Positions 1 through 7,412 of a stretch of DNA of 60,148 nt are shown here, piece by piece; position 1 is the stretch's first letter, and each line of letters begins with the position of its first letter. Source of the stretch: an uncultured delta proteobacterium (GTDB taxonomy: Bacteria; Desulfobacterota; WTBG01; CAIYCZ01; CAIRTM01); the NCBI GenBank assembly GCA_903911225.1, contig CAIWCT010000155.1, positions 1 through 60,148 on the forward strand. The letters run 5' to 3'. The position numbers were made by a program, and so were the translations under genes. Below the pieces are notes generated by a model that was not told the DNA's origin, ran no database searches, and worked only from the letters and a program-made list of their open reading frames with translations.

Positions 1-445
1 CCTTGGTCTTGCCGCTGCCGGTAGCCATTTTTATAACAAGCCGCAGCCAGTCTTCATCAAACATGCCCGTTGATACTGCGCCGGATGAGTCATAGCGCAT
101 CAAATCATACTTGTCTTTTACCCCCGCAACTTCATACAGAAACACCACCGTTTCAATGGCCTCGCGCTGGGCAAAGTAGTATTTGAAATCTAAAAGGCTG
201 CCATCGGCTTTCGGGATGATATGCTCGGTCTTAAACCACCAATTCATCAGCGCCCGGCTGGTTTCAGTCGCCCCGGCATACCCCGAGTCTCGCCAGGCCT
301 GTACTTCCTTGCGGATTTTATGCACCATCGGCGGCAGCAGCTTTTCATAGCTTGATTCCCGCAGGGCTTCATCAGCCGGAAACCACCGGAAGTCGGGGTT
401 CAGCACATCATAGGGCGAGGTCGGAAAGGAAGGGTGAATAGCCAT
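1..445 (-). CDS. res: Type III R-M Res subunit (SF2 helicase-nuclease). Only the N-terminal ~148 codons are present; the rest lies beyond the window edge.
   Basis: ATG at 445 (cat at 443-445), open to position 1. My translation is MAIHPSFPTSPYDVLNPDFRWFPADEALRESSYEKLL...FKYYFAQREAIETVVFLYEV...VIKMATGSGKTK, ending in helicase motif I (GSGKT). It lies on the same strand downstream of a Mod-type methyltransferase. Confidence 0.7.
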   Translation of the reverse strand, partial: MAIHPSFPTSPYDVLNPDFRWFPADEALRESSYEKLLPPMVHKIRKEVQAWRDSGYAGATETSRALMNWWFKTEHIIPKADGSLLDFKYYFAQREAIETVVFLYEVAGVKDKYDLMRYDSSGAVSTGMFDEDWLRLVIKMATGSGKTK

Positions 446-551
446 ATTGAGCCGTTGTTTGGGTTTAATTGCGTTTTAGAAATAGACCTTTTTAAAGAAA
501 AAACAAATAATTACAAACCTCTATTTGCGTTATTTGGGTTTTATTTGCGTT

Positions 552-2228
552 TTACCGCAACTGCCAATAGCCGCCCCTGGTCTTGCCGAGACATTCTATA
601 ATGCCGGCTTTTTTTAAATCTTTTAAAAGACTATCAATAACAGAGCGGCTTAATTCGGGGAAGATATCGCGGAAATCATTAGCCGTTCCGGTTTCATTTC
701 TCTTTAAATGCTCAATAATCAGCTGCTTCTGCGCCTCGCGTGGCACACCTCGTAATCGCGTGTGCACCCCTGTTTTTCCGCGATGGGAGTAATACCTGTG
801 GGATAAAATGTAATGAGTTCCGCGCCCACGCCCCACCCTTTCTATGATACCGAGCTGCAGGAATTTATCACGCGAATCGGTTTTATCAATACGCTGTTTC
901 TCGCGAATTTCCTCAAGAGCAAAAATCTCCTCAAAAGAAAAGACGATTTGCTTTTCATTTGTAATCTTCTCAAGGAACAATACAAAATCTTTGTCTTTCA
1001 AACGTGCAGGGATGGATAATTCTACAGAATATGCATCACTCCTTGTAAGATCAGGTAGTCCTTTTCCATCCCGGATCGATGCTTGATAAATATCATCCAT
1101 TCCCTGTCCGGAACGTTCTACAAGCCCTGCTTTTTCAAAGGTTTCAGCAATACGCCTGTTGCGCCAATACGATTTATACAAAATATTTTCAGGAGTAATG
1201 CCTGGCGGGAGCCCGCCGGGGCTTGTGATAACAAAAGAATCGGAAGAAGCTTTTATGAAAATGGATTGACCTTTGAAAGTATAGTCGCGATGCGCCACCG
1301 CGTTCAGAACTGCTTCACGGATGGATTTTTCATCAAAGGCATAAATTTCTCTCTGGATAAAGCCCTGCTGAAAGGGCATCCGGCTGTTTCGGGCATTAAT
1401 CGTTTCCCAGATTGAATCATAAATTGCAAAGAATGATTCTCGCCATGACATGCGGTAGTCATAGGGAATACTAGCTGAGCTCTGCCGCCACTCAAAAATT
1501 ATCTCAGCGTCCGGCAGAAATTCATCAAGCTTTTCTTTCTTCCCAAAAAGCACAAGGCTTGCATAATTCAATCCTTTATCGGTTAGCAGCCCGGCTGAGC
1601 GCAGCATCTTCTCGTCTTGGAAAGTTCTATAATCATCGCGTTTGGATTTTAGCGCCCATTTTTCCTTATAAATCCCCATAGCTTTTTGTTCCAGGTCTCC
1701 CACAGATAACCCGGGAACAATGGTCATGGAAAAATCCGGTGTGCTTTCATTGAGAATCGACCTTAGTGTGGCATCATCCATTTCACGCAATGACTCACCT
1801 GCTCGCATTGGGATACTATAATGGCCGGTGGAACGAATGACAGTTCCGGCGGGTCTAGACGGCACGTGAAAAATAAGCACGCGTCCCTGGGGGTGTTGCA
1901 CCTCTTCAACATCAATCCGTATGCCAAGTTCGCTTAAAAGCTCATTGGAAAGCTTATTGTAAGTACCGTGAAATGCTTTTGACCCTACAACAACCCCTTT
2001 GTCATTAACGCCGAGCAGCAGCTTGCCGCCGCGCTCATTTGCCAGGGCTGCACAATAATCCGGCAGGTCATGGCGTCGGTCAAATTGCCCGGAAGCCCCT
2101 TTGAATTCAAGATTGCAATCCTCAAGTCGGGCCAGCAAGCGGTTAAGCTGTTCTATTGTAGTGGCTAACATCTCAATATTTTGAAAGAATTTCAGCCTAT
2201 TGCCTGAATGTTTAAGTTTGTCGCTCAT
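552..2228 (-). CDS. AlbA_2 (Schlafen-type) + HATPase_c_4 + C-terminal winged-helix protein, of the family usually annotated as a RecG-like putative transcriptional regulator
   Basis: 558-aa ORF. The N-terminus reads CNLEFKGASGQFD...PDYCAALANERGGKLLLGVNDKG (AlbA_2-like). The middle has IREAVLNAVAHRDY (HATPase_c_4 hallmark). The C-terminus reads GTANDFRDIFPELSRSVIDSLLKDLKKAGIIECLGKTRGGYW (wHTH-like). ATG at 2228. Confidence 0.7.
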   Translation of the reverse strand: MSDKLKHSGNRLKFFQNIEMLATTIEQLNRLLARLEDCNLEFKGASGQFDRRHDLPDYCAALANERGGKLLLGVNDKGVVVGSKAFHGTYNKLSNELLSELGIRIDVEEVQHPQGRVLIFHVPSRPAGTVIRSTGHYSIPMRAGESLREMDDATLRSILNESTPDFSMTIVPGLSVGDLEQKAMGIYKEKWALKSKRDDYRTFQDEKMLRSAGLLTDKGLNYASLVLFGKKEKLDEFLPDAEIIFEWRQSSASIPYDYRMSWRESFFAIYDSIWETINARNSRMPFQQGFIQREIYAFDEKSIREAVLNAVAHRDYTFKGQSIFIKASSDSFVITSPGGLPPGITPENILYKSYWRNRRIAETFEKAGLVERSGQGMDDIYQASIRDGKGLPDLTRSDAYSVELSIPARLKDKDFVLFLEKITNEKQIVFSFEEIFALEEIREKQRIDKTDSRDKFLQLGIIERVGRGRGTHYILSHRYYSHRGKTGVHTRLRGVPREAQKQLIIEHLKRNETGTANDFRDIFPELSRSVIDSLLKDLKKAGIIECLGKTRGGYWQLR

Positions 2229-2331
2229 ATTTTCAGTTTTATGAGCGACAAAGGACTTTGTTGCTAATATATGAGCGACAAAAAAACAGGCATATTTTTA
2301 AACCTGTCGAATTCGACGGGTTTAACCCTGC

Positions 2332-4482
2332 TTACACCCCCACGTCAACAATCTTCATGGTGTCGTTGCCGAAAATATCTACCACCTTCACGGCGATTTT
2401 GTACCGCCCCGGTTTGCATTCATGCCATGCCGATTTCATTTCAAGTGTGCGGTCTTTCTTGGTACGGAAACTCTGCCACTCATTTTCAAAAATGAAATCG
2501 CCTGTCCAGATCTCTTCAAACTCGCCGGTTGCGTCATTCTTCGCGCGCACGATCTCGCGCTTTGATTCAAAGTCAAAATCAACGCTCCAGTAGTCAATCC
2601 AGTCCGTCCATTTTTTGGTGAGAACCTCGCGTGTGACAATACCGTTCTTGTCCTTGATGACCTTCACGATCTGGCCGTTTTGCACAACTATTTTGTTTGC
2701 GCCGTTTTTAAGGCTGGCAGCAGCATTATCAATGCTGTCACCCTGTGAGTAATAAACGGAAAAGTCGGTCAGCTCCACGGCAAGCTTGCCTTTTTTTACC
2801 AGGGGCTTCACCTCGATGAAGGACACATCATGAAACACCACCTGGTTTTTCTCAACGGCTCGTTTATCAAACACCTCGCGGGGAATGTACTTCATGGCAA
2901 GGTCGATGCCCTTGGCCTTTGCTTCTTCCTGAATATTGGGGAACAGGCCCATTTCAAACTCAAAGGCCAGAATATCAACGCGCGAAATGCGCTTCTCGCG
3001 GCATTCAAGAATGACCTCTTCCACAAACAGCCGCGTCACCGGCAAATTGATCGGCCCCACAGACACCATCCGGCCCGCTTTCTTGCCGTGAAAACATTTA
3101 AAGTTCTCTACCCCCTCGGCCCGGTAAGCATGCAGAATCAGGCCGATAAAATCCTTCTCCTTCTGCGCAAGTTGCCGCTGCTTTTCTTCCTCGCGCAGCC
3201 CCATATTAACGCCGATATAATGCGCCCGCTCGTATTTGCCAAGGTTCAAGATTTCAAAAGCCCGGAAGTCCTTCCCTTCCGTCTTCATCTGCCGCTGCAC
3301 GCCGATCATGCGCTTGCGCGTGGTGTGAATGGCGAATTTGCCGAGATCGCTGACAATCCACTTGCGCCCCAGCTTTTCCGACACTGCCGCAGTCGTACCA
3401 GAACCACAGAAAAAATCTGCCACAATATCATTTTCGTTAGAAGATGCCTTAATGATACGCTCAAGTAAGGCTATAGGTTTTTGGGTTGGATAATCAACAC
3501 GTTCTTCTGCAGCAGATTGAATAGATTGAATATCTGTCCAAACATCTTCTGGTAGTTTTCCTTCATCCAAGTAATAACGATACAATTTTTTCTTGCCTGT
3601 TCCCCACTTTTCTACATATTCTCGGCCATTTTCATCAACACCCATTCTCCCGCCATAATTTTTTCCAGATGAATCTTGCTTATGGGGCGTAAAAGGCAGC
3701 CTTACCTCCTTGTCATTGAAATGCGGTGTTTTTGATTTTCCATACATCCAAATAGTATTGTGTTTTTTTCCAAAGTAAGCTGTGCCCTTCCCGCCTTGGC
3801 TGAAATACCAGATAATTTCATTTATCAAACAATCATGCGTAAAAACCTCATCAAGCACTTGCCTTATATGAGCCGTAACTCGCCAATCACAATGCACATA
3901 AATGCTCCCATCCTCAGCCAGCAAATCTCGCATGAGCACAAGGCGTTCATAAATCATGGAGATGAAGCTATCCGCGCCTTTGCCCCAGGTGTCGCGGTAG
4001 GCAAGCTCTTCAAGTACATTGGGTTTTTTGGTGAAGGTGTCGTCGCCGATCTCTATATCCATGGAGAAATCTGCGCCAACGTCGAAAGGCGGGTCGATGT
4101 AAATGAGTTTGATGCCGCCCTGCTTTTCAATCTCTTCGCGGATGGGGCCGTTTTTAAGGCTTGAGAGAATCAGCTTGTTATCGCCCCAGATAAGCTTGTT
4201 GGTCCAGCCCTTCAGTTGCCGACCCCGGCTGTCGATGCTGATGCCCGCGGCTTCAAACAGTGGAAAGTGTTGTTTTACGGATGCTTCCGTGCGCGGCTCG
4301 TCAACATGCTCGATTATCTGAAACGGCAGCACGATATTGGTCACCTCATTGGTCTTGCCGTTCCAGACAAGCTCCACCTCGCGCTTGTGGTCAAACAGCA
4401 AAAACCGGTACTTGTCCGGCAACGGTTTATCCGCCTCAACAAGCTTCACTATCTCGCGCTTTTCATTGTCGGTGAGTTTCAT
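2332..4482 (-). CDS. mod: Type III-style N6-adenine DNA methyltransferase (Mod, beta-class)
   Basis: Motif IV is [11 protein letters not shown]. Motif I is [26 protein letters not shown] (order IV then I, as in beta class). The N-terminus [20 protein letters not shown]...[14 protein letters not shown] is typical of Res-partnered Mods. I prefer the ATG at 4482 (MKLTDNEK), which has AAGAGGG 5 nt upstream. The ORF-track ATG at 4500 has no SD. Confidence 0.85.
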   Translation of the reverse strand: MKLTDNEKREIVKLVEADKPLPDKYRFLLFDHKREVELVWNGKTNEVTNIVLPFQIIEHVDEPRTEASVKQHFPLFEAAGISIDSRGRQLKGWTNKLIWGDNKLILSSLKNGPIREEIEKQGGIKLIYIDPPFDVGADFSMDIEIGDDTFTKKPNVLEELAYRDTWGKGADSFISMIYERLVLMRDLLAEDGSIYVHCDWRVTAHIRQVLDEVFTHDCLINEIIWYFSQGGKGTAYFGKKHNTIWMYGKSKTPHFNDKEVRLPFTPHKQDSSGKNYGGRMGVDENGREYVEKWGTGKKKLYRYYLDEGKLPEDVWTDIQSIQSAAEERVDYPTQKPIALLERIIKASSNENDIVADFFCGSGTTAAVSEKLGRKWIVSDLGKFAIHTTRKRMIGVQRQMKTEGKDFRAFEILNLGKYERAHYIGVNMGLREEEKQRQLAQKEKDFIGLILHAYRAEGVENFKCFHGKKAGRMVSVGPINLPVTRLFVEEVILECREKRISRVDILAFEFEMGLFPNIQEEAKAKGIDLAMKYIPREVFDKRAVEKNQVVFHDVSFIEVKPLVKKGKLAVELTDFSVYYSQGDSIDNAAASLKNGANKIVVQNGQIVKVIKDKNGIVTREVLTKKWTDWIDYWSVDFDFESKREIVRAKNDATGEFEEIWTGDFIFENEWQSFRTKKDRTLEMKSAWHECKPGRYKIAVKVVDIFGNDTMKIVDVGV

Positions 4483-4507
4483 TGAACCCTCTTGTTGCAT
4501 CCATTTT

Positions 4508-4586
4508 GCCGGACACGCTGCGCTTTGTCCGGCCTACCATGCGCCAATCATTTTTTGTAGGCCGGACTAAACGAAGTGAGTCCGGC
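4508..4586. repeat. REP/BIME-like pair: two ~30-nt GTAG-headed hairpins in opposite orientation (4508-4537 and 4557-4586)
   Basis: The first copy is gccggaca-cgctgcgctt-tgtccggc-ctac. The second is gtag-gccggact-aaacgaagtg-agtccggc. Each has a perfect 8-bp stem, and the GTAG/CTAC heads face each other. Both copies recur at 5183-5264. Confidence 0.75.
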
Positions 4587-4592
4587 AGATTT

Positions 4593-5144
4593 TCATCCGA
4601 TAAAAACAATCCAGCGTTGGTCATCAGAATGCTTCATCCAGAAATCAAATGCTCGTGAAAGAATGTTTTCATATTCTGGAATCGGCCACTCGAATCGATA
4701 TTCCGTATCTATTCGAGGACTCTCCGTTTTTAAATCAATTGAAATATGGAGTAATGGCCTCTGTAAATCCTTAGCCCATGGCACAGACTCATCCTTTTTC
4801 CCTTTGGGGCTACGAACACAATGTTTATAAGCATTTGCCAAGTTAGCAAGTTGGCGAAGCTCATCAAATAAATCAAGAGCTTTTTTTCTAAATTGATTAA
4901 GATCAACAAAACCGCTGGTTAATGAACTTTCATTTTCAAAGTAAAAGTAGTCAATAACGTTATTGAGGGCTTCTATCGCATTTAAAAAAAGTCGAAACTC
5001 CTCGTATTTTGAAGGCGTAGAATTTTCACCCCGCTCCACATGTAGTTTCTTTTTGGATACATACTCAAAATAATTCCGAAAAGCTATATGACGAAGATAA
5101 TTTTGATAGCTTCCAAGCGGCCCTTTTAGGAACTCCATACCCAT
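4593..5144 (-). CDS. Hypothetical protein, 183 aa, with no recognisable domain, signal peptide or TM segment
   Basis: Clean ORF with GAAGG about 7 nt upstream of the ATG at 5144. It is the most AT-rich coding stretch of the island. REP-like hairpins lie immediately on both sides. Confidence 0.6.
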   Translation of the reverse strand: MGMEFLKGPLGSYQNYLRHIAFRNYFEYVSKKKLHVERGENSTPSKYEEFRLFLNAIEALNNVIDYFYFENESSLTSGFVDLNQFRKKALDLFDELRQLANLANAYKHCVRSPKGKKDESVPWAKDLQRPLLHISIDLKTESPRIDTEYRFEWPIPEYENILSRAFDFWMKHSDDQRWIVFIG

Positions 5145-5182
5145 ATATGCCTTCGAACGCCTAACATATGAATTTGTAATTT

Positions 5183-5264
5183 GTAGGCCGGAATAAACGA
5201 AGTGAGTCCGGCAGTTTTCAGTAATAACTTTGTGCCGGACACGCTACGCTTTGTCCGGCCTAAC
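5183..5264. repeat. REP/BIME-like pair, second locus (5183-5212 and 5234-5264)
   Basis: gtaggccggaataaacgaagtgagtccggc and gccggacacgctacgctttgtccggcctaac are near-identical to the copies at 4557-4586 and 4508-4537. Here the order is swapped, so the heads point outward. Confidence 0.75.
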
Positions 5265-5279
5265 ATGCTCTTTTGTCGT

Positions 5280-6017
5280 TCAGACAGCGCAAGGCATATT
5301 ATCCCATGTGCGGCCTAGAAGAAGGCGACCATTTAAGCGTTTTGCCCGCTTCTTACCATCAGCACCCCAGCCGCCCCATTGTTTGAAGAAAAAGGATGCG
5401 CCATACATATCGCAGCGGTTTTGAATGTTTTCAGCCCATTCAGGCATCATCGGTCTTGCTTGTGGCCCGGACTCACCGCCGACAATTATCCACTGAATAC
5501 CTGATAAATCAACCGGGCCGAGGTCTTCAAGAAGCGGCTCTATAGAAAGAAAGCGAACACGTGCCTTGATGCGCCGCAGAAAATCAATCCGGGGCACACC
5601 TTCTTTTTTGTTTTCAACCGTTACGCCGAGCCATGCATTTATTGGGGCACCATAAGAACGGAAAAACTGCTCCATTCTGTCAGCACGTTTTGTCAGAACC
5701 TGAAATGTATGTTGTGGGCAGTCCCGTATAACATCAAAAACCTGCCGTATATATTCCTCAGGAATTCTCTCATGAAATATATCGCTCATGGAATTCACAA
5801 AGTACATGGTGGGTTTTTTCCGGTTCAGCGGCTCATTTAAACGCTCTGGCTGCAAAGTCAGCTTAAACCCATTCTCATAACCTTTCAGCCCCATGGCGTT
5901 CAGACGATGCGCCATTTTTTCAGCATAGCAGTTGCGGCATCCCTCAGAAATCTTTGTACAGCCGGTGGCAGGATTCCACGTTTGCTCAGTCCATTCAATT
6001 TTTGATTTTGTAGACAT
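5280..6017 (-). CDS. DUF5131 / phage Gp37-Gp68 family three-Cys-motif protein
   Basis: The N-terminus is MSTKSKIEWTEQTWNPATGCTKISEGCRNCYAEKMAHRL, i.e. the IEWT..TWNP..GC-x6-C-x2-CYA signature. 245 aa. The start lies 4 nt after the TcmP stop. Confidence 0.8.
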   Translation of the reverse strand: MSTKSKIEWTEQTWNPATGCTKISEGCRNCYAEKMAHRLNAMGLKGYENGFKLTLQPERLNEPLNRKKPTMYFVNSMSDIFHERIPEEYIRQVFDVIRDCPQHTFQVLTKRADRMEQFFRSYGAPINAWLGVTVENKKEGVPRIDFLRRIKARVRFLSIEPLLEDLGPVDLSGIQWIIVGGESGPQARPMMPEWAENIQNRCDMYGASFFFKQWGGWGADGKKRAKRLNGRLLLGRTWDNMPCAV

Positions 6018-6021
6018 GATT

Positions 6022-7167
6022 TTATACCCTCACTAATCGTTCGATATTATCAAAATTGACAATATTCTTGGGTCGTTTTCTTTTCATATCAATATTTATT
6101 ACCTTATTCTCTGCGACAAGTTCTTTGAGTGCAGCCTGAAAATCACTTTCAAACCATGCTGTTTCTTCCAGCATGTCTGCAAGCTCTTCTATGCCAAATC
6201 TTTTCGGCTGATCAGATAGCTTGTTTAACCAATACTTTTTTACTTCATTTAAATCTTCATCCGATGGCTCATTAATCATTTCGGTAGAGAGTAATTTTGG
6301 TTGCTTCGTTTTTGAAACATGGTGCGCCTCTTTGGCATGAGCACGTACACGTTTCTGTATAAAATCCAGTTTTTCAGAAGCATCCATAAAAACCTGTATT
6401 CCTTTTGGATGACGAGTCAAATATACAAGATCATACTTTGTGCGGTCTTTCAGAGTATCAAGTACCTTAACATAAGCAGATCTTGCCTTAAGCCCGGTAT
6501 TCGGCTGAGCATTTTTTAAATGTGTGCGGTACAAGTCTATCAAATGGGTTTCCCGTTCTTTTGAAGACATACCCGCAGTATCTGGTACTTCACCAAAAAT
6601 TTCCTGCATATGTTTGCTAAATTCTATTTGCGTATGCGTGCGCAAAATAAAGTCAAACATGAAATTAATCAAAAACTCTGATCGAGGTCTTTGCAACAAT
6701 GGCTTTAATGTTGGTATTTCAACAACATTTTTCCAGCCCGTTGGATCAATAAAAAAGAAAGTGAAATCTGTTTTGCCGCACCATTTTAGAATATCCCCGC
6801 GCAAATCAGAAAACACACCATTCATAGCGGTTGTTTCTATTCCGCTGGCAGCTTCAGTATCAAGAAATGCATGCAGTTTTTCATAAGCATTCTTGTTTTT
6901 CTCAATGAACAAAGCCCGAAAATGCACATTTTTATTGTATGTTTTTAATAACCCATCCCGGCATTTTTTCATGGTATTTAGTGAAATGGCTATAGAGGTA
7001 TCCTGTAGATCATCGCCATCCTCCTGCCAGGGTCCGGCAAAACAATCAACATAGCAAATGGTGTCTTCATTCTTTCCCAATATCATGAACAATCGTTCAA
7101 GATATTTTTCTAGAAGCGTGTGTTTTATGTATGCTTGTTCTCGTCCTTCGTATGATTCAGGTATCAT
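6022..7167 (-). CDS. tcmP: Three-Cys-motif partner protein TcmP (TIGR04474-like)
   Basis: The N-terminus is EGREQAYIKHTLLEKYLERLFMILGK...ICYVDCFAGPWQ, followed by FTFFFIDPTGWK. It has the size (381 aa) and obligatory adjacency to a DUF5131 gene that define the family as I recall it. GGGGGAGG sits directly upstream of the ATG at 7167. Confidence 0.65.
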   Translation of the reverse strand: MIPESYEGREQAYIKHTLLEKYLERLFMILGKNEDTICYVDCFAGPWQEDGDDLQDTSIAISLNTMKKCRDGLLKTYNKNVHFRALFIEKNKNAYEKLHAFLDTEAASGIETTAMNGVFSDLRGDILKWCGKTDFTFFFIDPTGWKNVVEIPTLKPLLQRPRSEFLINFMFDFILRTHTQIEFSKHMQEIFGEVPDTAGMSSKERETHLIDLYRTHLKNAQPNTGLKARSAYVKVLDTLKDRTKYDLVYLTRHPKGIQVFMDASEKLDFIQKRVRAHAKEAHHVSKTKQPKLLSTEMINEPSDEDLNEVKKYWLNKLSDQPKRFGIEELADMLEETAWFESDFQAALKELVAENKVINIDMKRKRPKNIVNFDNIERLVRV

Positions 7168-7230
7168 ACCTCCCCCAATTTCATCATATCAACCCAGTGA
7201 CATAGAACCAATATTTATAAAATTTTTATA

Positions 7231-7259
7231 AAAATATCAGCTTGTGGCTTTTATGTCAA
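7231..7259 (-). promoter_or_regulatory. Sigma70-type promoter candidate for tcmP-DUF5131
   Basis: The minus strand reads TTGACA (7259-7254), a 17-nt spacer, then TATTTT (7236-7231). It sits in a very AT-rich 245-bp intergenic region, about 65 nt upstream of the TcmP ATG. Confidence 0.45.
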
Positions 7260-7412
7260 AGCAATGCTGAATAAACTATAGCGGATAGATTTGTCATATA
7301 AGGTCAAAAGAGGTGTGTTTGTTTTGATGTTTCATGAAAGCATGGAAGGATGGATTGGGGCCGCCCATAAATTAAATAAATCAGTAACCATGTTCTGTTG
7401 TTTCGCCTAACA

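Noticed and set aside
4508-5264. The hairpin pairs flanking orf183 considered as integron attC sites (a gene cassette)
   Set aside because: There are no RYYYAAC/GTTRRRY core sites, no intI nearby, and the elements carry a GTAG head typical of REP instead.
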